From contig JAGXSZ010000031.1 of the NCBI GenBank assembly GCA_018333515.1, forward strand, positions 17,654-81,653: a DNA stretch of 64,000 nucleotides, in the 5' to 3' direction. Both the position numbers and the translations under genes were made by a program. A model generated the notes under the pieces. The model made no database searches and was not told where the DNA came from. It worked only from the letters and a program-made list of their open reading frames with translations. Of the stretch, positions 19,182-31,659 are shown piece after piece (position 1 is the first letter of the stretch; each line of letters starts with the position of its first letter). This stretch comes from Actinomycetota bacterium. Lineage in GTDB: Bacteria > Actinomycetota > Aquicultoria > Aquicultorales > Aquicultoraceae.

Positions 19182-20591
19182 TCAAACGCGATGGACCTTT
19201 ATCAGATTAGTAGTTCCCGGCACATTTACCAGCACGCCGGCGGTGATTACCACGAGGTCTCCGCTGTCTATCAAGCCGACCCTGAGCGGGATGTCGACGG
19301 CAATATCGAACATGTTGTCGAGATGAATGCTCGGGCTCGCGACAAGCGGGATGACGCCCCATGAGAGTTGGAGCTGCCGAACGACTTCCGGGCTCGGGCT
19401 CACCGCCACTATCGGCTGGAGCGGGCGGTGTTTTGCGACCTGCCTGGCGGTCTCGCCCGACTGCGTGGAGGTGATAATGGCTTTAGCCTTGAGCGACGAG
19501 GCGATTTCGCACGTAGCCCGGCTAATCGCCGAGGTCGTGCCGACAGCTTTACCTTTGGCTCCGCCGCGGTCGACGCAATAGGTAAGAACCTTCTCCGCTT
19601 CCATGATGCTCCGCCCCATCATCTCGACGCTCTCAATCGGAAATCTGCCCATCGCGGTCTCGCCCGAGAGCATCAAGGCGTCGCTCCCATCCAAAACCGC
19701 GTTGGCGACATCGCTTACTTCGGCGCGCGTAGGGCGGGGGTTGCGTATCATCGAATCGAGCATCTGAGTCGCGGTGATGACCGGCTTGGCCGCCTTCATG
19801 CACCTGTCGATGATCATCTTCTGCACAAACGGGACCTTCTCGGTAGGCATCTCGATACCGAGGTCGCCCCGTGCTATCATTATGCCGTGCGAAACCCTTA
19901 AAATATCATCGAAGTCCTCGACCGCTTCGGTCTTTTCGATCTTGGCGATTACTTTGGCGCTGGAAGATGCCTCCGCTATCAGGCTCAGCAGCAACTCGAT
20001 ATCCTCCGCGTTCCTGACGAACGATAGGCCGACCCAGTCTACGCCCTTCTCAAGGCCAAACTCTAAATCGGCACGATCTTTCTCGGAGAGCGGCGAGAGG
20101 CTGACCTTGACGCCCGGAAGATGAACTCCCCGGCGCGAATTGAGCGGGCCGCCCTCGATGATTCGGGTGCGCACATCTTCGCCCTCGACCCCCAGCACTT
20201 CCAGCGTTATTAAACCTTCGTCTATCAAGACGGTGTCGCCCGGCCGCACATCCCCGGGCAGGTCGTGGTAGTTGATAGAGACGGCGTCTTTAGTGCCGAG
20301 AATATCGCGAGTGGTGACGACAAACTCGTCACCGTCGATAAGCTCTACTTCACCGCCATCGACCTCGCCGACCCTGAGTTTTGGGCCCGCGAGGTCCATA
20401 AGAACCGGGATGGGCCGGCCGGTCTCCTCTTCCATGGCCCGTGTAAATTTGATTGTGAGGGCGTGGTCGTCGTGCGTTCCGTGCGCCATATTGATACGCA
20501 CGACATCCATGCCGGCATCGAGCAGCCTTCTCATGACCGTTTTATCCCGGCTAGCCGGCCCTATCGTGCATACTATCTTCGCGTGTCTCAC
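19182..20591 (-). CDS. pyk: Pyruvate kinase
   Basis: KIVCTIGPAS, NMAHG and MIARGDLGIEMP motifs, with barrel plus C-terminal domains. I chose the GTG at 20591, 4 nt after GGAGG. The ORF track begins at a TTG at 20639. Confidence 0.9.
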   Translation of the reverse strand: MRHAKIVCTIGPASRDKTVMRRLLDAGMDVVRINMAHGTHDDHALTIKFTRAMEEETGRPIPVLMDLAGPKLRVGEVDGGEVELIDGDEFVVTTRDILGTKDAVSINYHDLPGDVRPGDTVLIDEGLITLEVLGVEGEDVRTRIIEGGPLNSRRGVHLPGVKVSLSPLSEKDRADLEFGLEKGVDWVGLSFVRNAEDIELLLSLIAEASSSAKVIAKIEKTEAVEDFDDILRVSHGIMIARGDLGIEMPTEKVPFVQKMIIDRCMKAAKPVITATQMLDSMIRNPRPTRAEVSDVANAVLDGSDALMLSGETAMGRFPIESVEMMGRSIMEAEKVLTYCVDRGGAKGKAVGTTSAISRATCEIASSLKAKAIITSTQSGETARQVAKHRPLQPIVAVSPSPEVVRQLQLSWGVIPLVASPSIHLDNMFDIAVDIPLRVGLIDSGDLVVITAGVLVNVPGTTNLIKVHRV

Positions 20592-20655
20592 ATCGCCTCC
20601 AAAAAAACTCGCGTTAATTCCGTTAATACCGTGCGTCAACCGCCAAGCCTTATGG

Positions 20656-22792
<2,137 letters not shown>

Positions 22793-22941
22793 AGAGAGAA
22801 AGATACCACGAAAAGACGGCGAAGTATACTCTACCCGGCGGGATACATAGCGCGCCTATATCGGGCGCTCAAGCGGCTCCACCGGCCCCGACCCCATATT
22901 AGGTCTTTTCCCGAAACCATCCGGAGCAATCCGCGTGTATC

Positions 22942-22975
22942 AAAAAAAGGCCCGCATTTGCGGGCCTTTGATTTT
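22942..22975 (-). terminator. Rho-independent terminator downstream of the prsA-like gene
   Basis: GGCCCGC(22949-22955), ATTT loop, GCGGGCC(22960-22966). It is flanked by A7 on the plus strand, so on the minus strand the hairpin is followed by UUUUUUU. Confidence 0.8.
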
Positions 22976-22981
22976 AAATTA

Positions 22982-24028
22982 TTATTTGCCTGTCTGGGGC
23001 ACCGTATTTTGAGGCGCTCCCTGGTCGGCGGGCGGAACCGCTCCCGGGGCCGCACCTGGAGCCGCTCCCGGCGCTACCTGCGGTGGATTAGCGTCTATAT
23101 ATCTATCGATTTTTGCCTTCTTCTTTAGCTCCTCGAGCCACTTTCCGAAAGTCTCTTGCTTCTCAGCGCTGAGCATCTGCTCTTCGACTTCGTCTTTGAC
23201 TTCCTTGTATGCCTTCTCTCCGCCATTCTTCTTGGCGATCATCTTGATGATATGAAAGCCGTAGGTCGTCTTTACGAGATCGCTGATTTGCCCGGGCTCA
23301 AGCTTCCAGGACGCCTCCGCAAACTCTGGAACAAACTGGTCTTTGTCGGTCATCGGCATCTCGCCGCCTTTATCTTTGCTCCCCGGGTCGATGCTGTGCT
23401 CTTTGGCCAATTTGGAGAAATCCGCGCCCGCCCGGACATCCGCGAGTATCTTCTTGGCTTTATCCTCTTCTTGGACGAGAATGTGAGCCACCTGTACCTG
23501 GTCTTTTACCGCGAAACTCGCCTTGTTCTTTTCGTAATACTCTTTGACCTCTTTGTTCGAAGCCTTGATATCCTTGGTCACCTGCTCGCCGAGTTTCTCT
23601 ATTTGGATACGGTCCGCCAACTCTTTTTTAAACTGGACAAGCGTCATGTTCTGCTGCTTAAGAGCCGCTTCGAGTTCCGCTTGCTCCTTGAGACCGTACT
23701 CTTTCATCAACTCTTTTAACTTGTCGTCTATCTCTTTATCGGTCACCTTGATGCCGCGTTTGTTGACTTCAGCCATGAGCAATTCCATTTCAATCATTTG
23801 GTCTAAGACTTGATTTCGGAATTGCACTTTCGCCTGCTCGCCCTGCTCTCCTTGGAACATCTCGGCCTGCTGCCCAACCATTTGAGCCATCCTCACATCC
23901 ACCTCGGCCAATGTGATCTTCTTACCGTTAACCTTTGCAGCCAGGGGCTCTTTGGAGCAGCCGGCTACGGATAGAGCAACCACCGCGATAAGCGCGATTG
24001 CCGTGCCGTACCTCAAAACTTTCATCAA
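22982..24028 (-). CDS. PrsA/SurA-like parvulin peptidyl-prolyl isomerase lipoprotein
   Basis: Lipobox LSVAGC after a signal peptide, a SurA-N-like chaperone region and a PpiC rotamase (VAHILV...GGEMP...GFHIIK). The C-terminal tail is Ala/Pro/Gly-rich (APGAAPGAAPGAVPPADQGAPQ). Confidence 0.8.
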   Translation of the reverse strand: MMKVLRYGTAIALIAVVALSVAGCSKEPLAAKVNGKKITLAEVDVRMAQMVGQQAEMFQGEQGEQAKVQFRNQVLDQMIEMELLMAEVNKRGIKVTDKEIDDKLKELMKEYGLKEQAELEAALKQQNMTLVQFKKELADRIQIEKLGEQVTKDIKASNKEVKEYYEKNKASFAVKDQVQVAHILVQEEDKAKKILADVRAGADFSKLAKEHSIDPGSKDKGGEMPMTDKDQFVPEFAEASWKLEPGQISDLVKTTYGFHIIKMIAKKNGGEKAYKEVKDEVEEQMLSAEKQETFGKWLEELKKKAKIDRYIDANPPQVAPGAAPGAAPGAVPPADQGAPQNTVPQTGK

Positions 24029-24029
24029 A

Positions 24030-27000
24030 TTACCTCGCTTTCGTGCTTACATCGTCTCTTGAAGAGAGCGAACTCATTATATCACTAAATAAAGACAACA
24101 TGAAGGGAATTATGTTCGACGATTCCACCTTGGCTACCTGGAGGTATTCGCGCTCGGGCTTGAATAACAAATTTTTATATGACACCGATAACACAACCTC
24201 TTGGTGCTTGGGCACTCGTATCGGAGACACCCTTACTTTGCCGTATTGCAGGCTGACCTCTTTTATGCCGAGAACATTGGCGATTAAGCGTAGGCGCGCG
24301 ATACCGAGCAAGGCGTCGACCGGCTCCGGAACCGGACCGAAACGGTCGGCTAACTCCAAGGCGACTTCATCGAGGTCTTCGGGCGACCGCGCGAGGATTA
24401 TCTTTTTGTACGCCTCTACCCGCAGATTCTCCTCGGCGATGTACGGCTCCGGCAGGTACGCGTCGACCGGCAAATCGATCTTTATCTCGGCGGGTTCCGC
24501 CACCGATTTTCCCTCCATCTCCTCGATAGCTTCGCGCAACATCTGACAGTAGAGTTCAAAACCTACCGCCGACATATGCCCGCTCTGCTCGGCTCCGAGG
24601 AGGCTGCCCGCTCCCCTGATTTCGAGGTCGCGCATGGCTATCTTGACGCCGGAGCCCAGCTCGGTAAAGTCGCTGATCGTCTTGAGCCGCTCGAAAGCCC
24701 GGCCGGTTAGGAGCCGGTTCGGAGTAAAGAAAAAGTAGGCGTAGGCGCGGCGCTCGCTCCGTCCGACCCTCCCCCTTAGTTGGTAGAGTTGGGCCAGGCC
24801 CAGATGCTCGGCGCGGTCGACTATGAGCGTGTTTACGTTCGGGATATCGATTCCCGACTCGATGATAGTCGTGCTGACTAGGACATCGTAATCACCTTCT
24901 AGAAACGCCGCCGTTATCTTTTCAAGTTGGTTCTCGCTCATTTGCCCATGCGCGACGGCGACGCGCGCCTCGGGCACTAGCGAGGTCAGGCGCACCGCGA
25001 CACCGGTAATGGTCTCTACGCGGTTATGGACATAATAAACCTGCCCACCCCGGCCAAGCTCACGGCGGACGGCCCGGAGCAACATCTCCTCATCATAACG
25101 GCCGACATGGGTGATGATCGGGCGGCGATCTTCGGGGGGCGTCTCTATCACCGACATATCGCGCACACCCGCCAGTGACATCTGCATAGTACGCGGTATC
25201 GGCGTAGCGCTCAGCGTCAGGACATCGACGCTCTTTTTGAAGTTGCGGATTTTCTCTTTGTCGTTGACCCCGAAGCGCTGTTCTTCGTCGATTATTACGA
25301 GCCCCAGGTCGAACGGTTTCACATCGGCCTGGAGCAGCCGGTGCGTCCCTATCAGAATGTCTACTTCGCCCTCGTTAAAACGCTTTATGGTATCCTTCCG
25401 CTCGTTGCGCGACCTGAAGCGGCTGACCATATCGACATTGACCGGATAGGCCGAGAGCCGCTCTTTAAATGTGGTGTAGTGCTGCTGCGCCAGAATAGTC
25501 GTCGGCACGAGAACGAGAACCTGCTTGCCGTCTACGACCGCCTTGAACGCGGAGCGGACCGCGACCTCGGTCTTACCGTAGCCGACGTCGCCGCATATCA
25601 GCCTGTCCATAGGCTTTGGGGCTTCCATGTCGCGCTTGACATCGTCTATCGCGGTCAGTTGGCCGGGCGTCTCGACGTGGACAAAGTCGCCCTCCATCTC
25701 GTTTTGCCACGCCGTATCGGCCGAGTACGCGTGGCCCCTCGCCTTCGAACGCTCGGCGTAGAGCGACAAAAGGTCATAGGCGACCTTCTTGACGGATGCT
25801 TGAACCTTTCGCTTCGCTTTGAGCCACTCGGCGCTGCCGAGTCGCGATATAGTCGGCTCCTCGCCGGCTGTGCCGATAAAGCGGGTTATCCGGTCGAGCT
25901 GCTCCATCGGGACAAAGAGCTTGTCGGTACCGGCATACTCGAGGAGCGCGTAATCGCGGACGATACCGGCGACTTCGCGCCGCTTGAGCCCCGCGTAGAC
26001 CGCTATGCCGTGGTTGCTGTGGACGACAAAGTCGCCCGGGTTGAGTTCGGAGACGCTTGCGATAGCCCGACCCGGCGTCACACCGCCGACTTTAGTCGCG
26101 GCGCTTTGCCTCCCGAAAATATCGGCAAAGGATACTACCGCGAGCGCGAGGTCGCCGCTGTCGAAACCGCCGGAAAGATTTCCGAGCGCGAGACAGACAC
26201 CGTGCAAAACGAGCGAATCCCGCGAGTAGGCAATCCCCCGCTCAGAGAATATCTCTGCCATACGCGCGCGCTCTCCCTCATTGCGCAGAACCACTACGAC
26301 CGCCATTCCGGCGCTTACATAATCTTTGAGAAGTTTTTCTAGCGCGTCGATGTCTCCGAAAAGCGGCTGAATCGCCGAGGCCGCAAAACTCATGACCTCG
26401 TTTGATGATTGGCCTATAGAGAACAACCGCAAAGTCGGCGCGCCCTTCTCGAGGAGCGCCGCCGGCCGCATGAAGTACGTATCGGCCGAGCCCGTCGCGG
26501 CGCTGTCCTCCACCAGGTGCTCGATATAGGATTGTTGCTGCTCGTAGTAGCGCTCGCCCGCTTGCTCCGTCTCCTCGGGTTCATCGAGGACGATTATACA
26601 ATGCTCCGGCAGGTAATCCATCAATGAAGCCGTCTCTTCGTAGAGAAACGGCAGGTATTTCTCGATTCCGTCGAAGTAGCGAAACTCCCGCAACGCGGCT
26701 ATCTCATCTTCATGCTCGGCCCGGTATCTCTCCGGAAGCCTCCGGAGCGCCCGTTCGATATTGCCCTCGTTGAGCGATAGGTGACGGCATCCGTAGACGA
26801 CGGCGCTGATCATATTGCCGGTCGAGCGCTGTGTTGTCGGGCTGAATGTCCGTATCGACTCGACATCGTCGCCGAAAAGCTCGATACGGATTGGTGTCTT
26901 CCCCTGTGCCGGAAAGACGTCGATGATGCCGCCGCGCACGCTAAACCGACCTTGGCCCTCGACGCGCATCGTTCGCAAATAGCCCATCGACACCAACCGC

Positions 27001-27530
27001 TCAGCTAAGCCATAGATATCTATCGTCTCACCGACGCGCACCTCGACCGGATGATGGAGTGATTCCGTGACGGGAGGCAGTACGCCCATCGCCGTCTGAA
27101 TGGAGCTTACCCACACCCGCGGCACGCCCGCGGCCATGCTGTCGAGAACCGCGAGTCGCTTACCCGCGGATGCCGCGCCGGGTGAGAGCGGATCATAGGG
27201 CATCGTCTCGGGGTCCGGGAAGACATCCGCGTCGACCGAGAACGCCCGCAAGTCCGAGGCCAGACGGACGGCGCGCTCCGCGCTTGCCGTTAGTACCAGC
27301 ATCGATGAGCGCAAATCCGAGCGAATCGCCGCGAGCAGAAAAGCCCGCGCGCTCGCGCTAATCGACACGTCCGCTTCGGAGCCGCTCTTTAACTCGCTGA
27401 TAATACTCTTATAGCGCTCGTCGCTTGAGATATATTCGACCAGTTTGCTTATTTCCACATAAATCCCCGCATCATTCGCATGCCGCATAGGCCTCGGCAA
27501 GCTGCCCAGGCCCCTGTTGGTTCGATTCAA
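24030..27530 (-). CDS. mfd: Transcription-repair coupling factor
   Basis: 1166 aa with a UvrB-homology N-terminal region, a CarD-like RNAP-interaction region (VVHSNHGIAVY) and an SF2 helicase core (GDVGYGKTEVA, DEEQRFG). A TRG motif region and a C-terminal D7 domain follow. Confidence 0.95.
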   Translation of the reverse strand: MNRTNRGLGSLPRPMRHANDAGIYVEISKLVEYISSDERYKSIISELKSGSEADVSISASARAFLLAAIRSDLRSSMLVLTASAERAVRLASDLRAFSVDADVFPDPETMPYDPLSPGAASAGKRLAVLDSMAAGVPRVWVSSIQTAMGVLPPVTESLHHPVEVRVGETIDIYGLAERLVSMGYLRTMRVEGQGRFSVRGGIIDVFPAQGKTPIRIELFGDDVESIRTFSPTTQRSTGNMISAVVYGCRHLSLNEGNIERALRRLPERYRAEHEDEIAALREFRYFDGIEKYLPFLYEETASLMDYLPEHCIIVLDEPEETEQAGERYYEQQQSYIEHLVEDSAATGSADTYFMRPAALLEKGAPTLRLFSIGQSSNEVMSFAASAIQPLFGDIDALEKLLKDYVSAGMAVVVVLRNEGERARMAEIFSERGIAYSRDSLVLHGVCLALGNLSGGFDSGDLALAVVSFADIFGRQSAATKVGGVTPGRAIASVSELNPGDFVVHSNHGIAVYAGLKRREVAGIVRDYALLEYAGTDKLFVPMEQLDRITRFIGTAGEEPTISRLGSAEWLKAKRKVQASVKKVAYDLLSLYAERSKARGHAYSADTAWQNEMEGDFVHVETPGQLTAIDDVKRDMEAPKPMDRLICGDVGYGKTEVAVRSAFKAVVDGKQVLVLVPTTILAQQHYTTFKERLSAYPVNVDMVSRFRSRNERKDTIKRFNEGEVDILIGTHRLLQADVKPFDLGLVIIDEEQRFGVNDKEKIRNFKKSVDVLTLSATPIPRTMQMSLAGVRDMSVIETPPEDRRPIITHVGRYDEEMLLRAVRRELGRGGQVYYVHNRVETITGVAVRLTSLVPEARVAVAHGQMSENQLEKITAAFLEGDYDVLVSTTIIESGIDIPNVNTLIVDRAEHLGLAQLYQLRGRVGRSERRAYAYFFFTPNRLLTGRAFERLKTISDFTELGSGVKIAMRDLEIRGAGSLLGAEQSGHMSAVGFELYCQMLREAIEEMEGKSVAEPAEIKIDLPVDAYLPEPYIAEENLRVEAYKKIILARSPEDLDEVALELADRFGPVPEPVDALLGIARLRLIANVLGIKEVSLQYGKVRVSPIRVPKHQEVVLSVSYKNLLFKPEREYLQVAKVESSNIIPFMLSLFSDIMSSLSSRDDVSTKAR

Positions 27531-27533
27531 AAT

Positions 27534-28109
27534 TTAGTCTTGGTCGGAACGGCGATTAAACTCGTTCATAGCTTTGGTGACGCCTTCCGAGAGCAAATAT
27601 GCTACCGCGTCCGCCGCGCGCTCGATTGTGACAGCCATATCTTCGCGCTCACGCTTGCTAAAAGGGCTTAGAACATAGCGCGCCGGGTCTTGGCGGCCCG
27701 GCGGCCTGCCGATGCCGACCCGCACTCGCACAAACGCGCCGGAGCCGATTTGGTCTACGATGGAGATTATTCCTTTATGTCCGCCGCTCCCGCCATTCTC
27801 TCGAACGCGTATCTGACCCGGCTCCAGGTCGAGGTCGTCGTAGACGACGATGAGCTTCTCGGGGTCCGCGTCGGCCGCCCTGAGAAGCTCCTTCACCGCC
27901 AGCCCGCTATTGTTCATGAACGTGCGCGGCTCGGCTAACGTTACCGGTATCCCTGAGATGGCGCCCTCGCCCCACCGCGCCAACCGGGTTCTCTTGTCGA
28001 GAGCGATGTCGCGGGTTTGCGCCAAGCGCTCGACGACCATAAAGCCCGCGTTATGGCGTGTCGATTCATATTCGGTTCCGGGATTTCCCAATCCTACTAC
28101 TATATTCAT
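27534..28109 (-). CDS. pth: Peptidyl-tRNA hydrolase
   Basis: 191 aa with VVGLGNPG...Y..TRHNAGF and GHKG/NG motifs of Pth. Confidence 0.9.
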   Translation of the reverse strand: MNIVVGLGNPGTEYESTRHNAGFMVVERLAQTRDIALDKRTRLARWGEGAISGIPVTLAEPRTFMNNSGLAVKELLRAADADPEKLIVVYDDLDLEPGQIRVRENGGSGGHKGIISIVDQIGSGAFVRVRVGIGRPPGRQDPARYVLSPFSKREREDMAVTIERAADAVAYLLSEGVTKAMNEFNRRSDQD

Positions 28110-28119
28110 GCAACCTCAA

Positions 28120-28147
28120 AGAAAAAAGCGCGGATCGCGCCCGCGCT
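28120..28147 (-). terminator. Rho-independent terminator between ctc and pth
   Basis: Minus strand: AGCGCGG-GCGCGAU-CCGCGCU (28147-28127) is followed by UUUUUCUUUG. Confidence 0.7.
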
Positions 28148-28160
28148 TCCAGGTTTGATC

Positions 28161-28823
28161 CTATTTAGACGCTTCGGCTTCCTTTTCGGCCGCTTTAGCC
28201 GCGGCTCCGCCGCTTGCGACCAATTCAGGCTCAGCGCCCTCGACCGCTTCAGCGCCCTCGACCTCCGCCTTGCCTAAGGATATGGCAAGAATCGTCGAAT
28301 CCGGGTCGGTCACCAGCTCGATATCGGCGGGAATTACGATATCCCGCGCGTGGATGGCGGCACCGACCACCAAAGTGCTCACGTCGACCACAAGGTTTCC
28401 CGGCATGTCCGTAGGCAGACCCTCAAGCTCTACTTCCCAAAGCTGCTGCTCGAGCATCCCGCCGGCTTTTACACCGGGCGCTTCCCCTACGACCGATATC
28501 GGAACCATCGCGTTTATCTTCTCATCCATCGCTATCTTCTGAAAGTCGATACTAAAATACTCGTTCCGCAAGGGATTCTTTTGAATCTCTTTGATTATCG
28601 CGCTCGGGTGGCTCCGCATACCCGCGATTTTGAGCTTGACGATAACGTTGGTTCCTGATTTCGAGTGCACGATCGCGCGAAAGTCACGGGCGTCGACTGT
28701 CAGCGTCGACGACTCCCCGTCGCTGTATAAGACCGCGGGCACCCTTCCTTCACGTCGCAGTTTTTTGCTCGACTCTTTACCTACGACATCACGCTTTTCC
28801 GCCTTAAGTTCGGCTGTTTCCAT
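28161..28823 (-). CDS. rplY: 50S ribosomal protein L25 / general stress protein Ctc (long form)
   Basis: 220 aa with LKAEKR...GK...RR.G.VPAVLY at the N-terminus, a Ctc-type second domain and an acidic/Ala-rich tail. Confidence 0.9.
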   Translation of the reverse strand: METAELKAEKRDVVGKESSKKLRREGRVPAVLYSDGESSTLTVDARDFRAIVHSKSGTNVIVKLKIAGMRSHPSAIIKEIQKNPLRNEYFSIDFQKIAMDEKINAMVPISVVGEAPGVKAGGMLEQQLWEVELEGLPTDMPGNLVVDVSTLVVGAAIHARDIVIPADIELVTDPDSTILAISLGKAEVEGAEAVEGAEPELVASGGAAAKAAEKEAEASK

Positions 28824-28948
28824 CTCATCACTCCTGTGCTTTCGCCATGCCGCCGACCTGTCAACTCCTTAGCGAGCCGCTTTTTAGGCCCAACCGCGAC
28901 ATGCCATATAATCATCATTTACCTGTAATTGTAAACCGCTTCTCGTCC

Positions 28949-29914
28949 CTAGTCTTGGTTTTGCCCGTCGAAAAGCTCGCTTACCGACCTGTCCTCGTAT
29001 ACATTTCTAATCGCCTCAGCAAAGAGCTGTGCGATGGAGACGACCTTTATCCTGGATAGAAGCTTATTCTCCGGTATCGGAAGCGTGTCCAAGACCACCA
29101 GCTCTTTTATCGGCGACTTGGCTATCCTGTCGATTGCCGGACCGGATAGTACCGGATGCGTCGCGGCGGCGAAGACCTCTTTCGCGCCGTGCTCCATAAG
29201 CGCCTGGGCGCCGTTGCTCAGCGTCCCGGCGGTATCCACCATGTCGTCGACGAGCAGACACGGCCTTCCTTCGACTTCACCTATAACGTGCGATATCTCG
29301 GCGACATTATGCGCCGGTCGGCTCTTATGAAGAATAGCAAGCGTCGCCCCGATTCTGTCCGAAAACTTCTTAGCCATTTTTACCCTGCCGACGTCGGGCG
29401 AGACAATAACCAGATTTTCGAGGTTTTTCTCTTTAAAGTAGTCCACCAGGAGCGGAAGGCCCGTCAGGTGGTCGACAGGGACGTTGAAGAAGCCTTGTAT
29501 CTGCCCGGCATGCAGGTCTACCGTTATCACTCTGTTGATACCGGCGGTCATCAAGATGTCGGCGACGAGCTTCGCTGTGATGGGCTCTCGCGCGGCCGCC
29601 TTCTTGTCCTGCCTCGCGTAGCCGTAAAATGGGACAACCGCGGAAATCCGGTGCGCGGAAGCGCGTTTGAGCGCGTCGATCATGATCAGCAGCTCGACCA
29701 GATAGTCGTTTATGGGATCACACAATGTTTGAACGACAAAGACCTCGGCGCCCCGCACGCTTTCGAGGTACCGAACGTAGATTTCGCCGCTGCTGAAGGT
29801 CGCCAACTCCACCTCACCCAGATGTATCCCGAGATGCCCCGCGATCTCCTGGGCGAGCGCCGGTATGGACCGGCCGCTAAACATCATCAACCGTTTGCTT
29901 TCTTCGCTAGCCAT
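28949..29914 (-). CDS. prs: Ribose-phosphate pyrophosphokinase
   Basis: 321 aa with YARQDKK, DLHAGQIQGFF and the PRPP loop LVDDMVDTAGT. Confidence 0.95.
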   Translation of the reverse strand: MASEESKRLMMFSGRSIPALAQEIAGHLGIHLGEVELATFSSGEIYVRYLESVRGAEVFVVQTLCDPINDYLVELLIMIDALKRASAHRISAVVPFYGYARQDKKAAAREPITAKLVADILMTAGINRVITVDLHAGQIQGFFNVPVDHLTGLPLLVDYFKEKNLENLVIVSPDVGRVKMAKKFSDRIGATLAILHKSRPAHNVAEISHVIGEVEGRPCLLVDDMVDTAGTLSNGAQALMEHGAKEVFAAATHPVLSGPAIDRIAKSPIKELVVLDTLPIPENKLLSRIKVVSIAQLFAEAIRNVYEDRSVSELFDGQNQD

Positions 29915-29928
29915 TATCTCCTCATGCT

Positions 29929-31311
29929 TTACTGTTCAGGCCGTCTCGCCTTTTTTCTTCGCTTCTTAGCCCAGTCGCCGATTGTCCGCTGCTCTGAACG
30001 CTCAATCGCCAAGCTATCCTCGGGCACGTCTTTAGAGATAACCGAACCCGCGCCCGTAAACGAACCCTTGCCTACTTTGACGGGGGCGACGAGCATGGTG
30101 TCGCTTCCGATGAAAGCGCCGGCCTCGACGACGGTCCTATGTTTCTCGAAACCGTCATAATTACAGGTTATGGTTCCCGCACCTATATTAACATAATCGC
30201 CGATTAGTGCGTCCCCGATATAGCTGAGATGCGGCACTTTGCTGTCGATGCCCAGCTCGCTGTTTTTTATCTCTACAAAACCGCCGACCTTGGCCCCCGT
30301 CTTGACATGCGTCCCCGGTCGAACATGAGCGAACGGGCCGATGGTCGCGTCGTCCTCTATGGTGCTCTGGAGCACTATGGAATTGTCTATCGTAGTATTA
30401 TCCCCGACCTTGGAGCCCTTCAGTCGCGAGGATGGCCCCACAACACATCCCTCGCCGATGATTGTCTCGGCATCTATAAAGGTCATCGGATAAATGATGG
30501 TGTCGGCGCCGATTTGGGCGCCGGGCGTTATAAAGGTCGATGCGGATTCGATGATGGTCACGCCGCGCAGCATATAGCCCTCGTTGACTCTGTGGCGCAT
30601 AACCTTATCCGCCTGCGCCAACTGCACCCGTGAGTTTACGCCGGCGATTTCATCGGCGTCGCCCGCGGTGCGTGCGGCGACCGCGGCACCCTGCTCGCGC
30701 AGGATTTCGATGACGTCGGTCAGATAATACTCTTTCTGCTCGTTGTCGGCGCCAACTTGCCCCAAAGCCGCAAATAGCTTCTCCGAGTCAAAACAGTAAA
30801 TCCCGGAATTGGTCTCGTCGATTCTTTTCTCCTCCTCGGTCGCGTCCTTTTCCTCGACGATGGCTGCGACCGAACCATCGGCCGCCCGAACGATTCTGCC
30901 ATATCCGGTAGGATTATCGAGCCGCGCGGTCAAAATGCCGACGGCGGCGCCCGCGGTATGGTAGGCATCGATGAGTTCGGATATCGTCTCGGGTCTGATA
31001 AGGGGCGTATCACCGCTTAAGATCACAAGACTACCCTCAAATCCGGAGAGCATCGGACGGCTCGCCATCACCGCATGCCCCGTACCGAGCTGCTCCTCTT
31101 GGAGGGCGAACTCGACGCCGTCGACGGCGGACATGACCTCCTCGGCCTTATGACCGACGACGACTATAATCTTTTTCGGCTCAAGCGCGCGGGCCGCATC
31201 GACGACATAGTGCAACATCGGCCTCCCGCAGACGGCGTGGAGAACTTTCGGCGTCGACGATTTCATGCGGGTTCCCTCACCCGCGGCCAAAACAATCACA
31301 GCAAGGTTCAT
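29929..31311 (-). CDS. glmU: Bifunctional UDP-N-acetylglucosamine diphosphorylase / GlcN-1-P acetyltransferase
   Basis: LAAGEGTRMKS nucleotidyltransferase motif followed by a C-terminal left-handed beta-helix of hexapeptide repeats. I chose the ATG at 31311 (MNLAVIVLAAG). The ORF-track GTG at 31329 lies inside a TATAAT box. Confidence 0.9.
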   Translation of the reverse strand: MNLAVIVLAAGEGTRMKSSTPKVLHAVCGRPMLHYVVDAARALEPKKIIVVVGHKAEEVMSAVDGVEFALQEEQLGTGHAVMASRPMLSGFEGSLVILSGDTPLIRPETISELIDAYHTAGAAVGILTARLDNPTGYGRIVRAADGSVAAIVEEKDATEEEKRIDETNSGIYCFDSEKLFAALGQVGADNEQKEYYLTDVIEILREQGAAVAARTAGDADEIAGVNSRVQLAQADKVMRHRVNEGYMLRGVTIIESASTFITPGAQIGADTIIYPMTFIDAETIIGEGCVVGPSSRLKGSKVGDNTTIDNSIVLQSTIEDDATIGPFAHVRPGTHVKTGAKVGGFVEIKNSELGIDSKVPHLSYIGDALIGDYVNIGAGTITCNYDGFEKHRTVVEAGAFIGSDTMLVAPVKVGKGSFTGAGSVISKDVPEDSLAIERSEQRTIGDWAKKRRKKARRPEQ

Positions 31312-31659
31312 AATTAAGAAATTATACACTTATAGCCCGATATTTAAAACTATGCGTAATAATGAGCGCATGTCGGACAATCCACGGCAAAAGATTCCAG
31401 ACTTCAGCGTTGATAAAAAAACGGTTTCCCGGCGGGAACAATCGAAGGGGCGGGGGTTACTTAAGACTTGTCGGACGCCGGAAAACGGCGCCCCTCGAAC
31501 ACTTTCGAAATTCGACCTGAAAGCGGCTTAAGCCGGTAGAATCGGGACATATATGCGACACGCGGTCACTCCAAATACCGGTTTTACCGCAAAACGTCCT
31601 TGTTTTATTTAACGCCCCTATCGCCTAAAGAACAGAGCCGGCACACACAGACGTTCTTG

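Noticed and set aside
25341-26342. 333-aa plus-strand ORF inside mfd. Similar long shadow ORFs lie at 29156-30160 (in prs/glmU), 35188-36159 (in ksgA/yabE-like), 49324-50190 (over copA) and 60369-61271 (over the anti-sigma-cytochrome gene).
   Set aside because: All lie antisense to ORFs with unmistakable conserved motifs. They have low-complexity Arg/Ala/Pro-rich translations and lack RBS context, so they are typical antisense open frames of GC-rich DNA.
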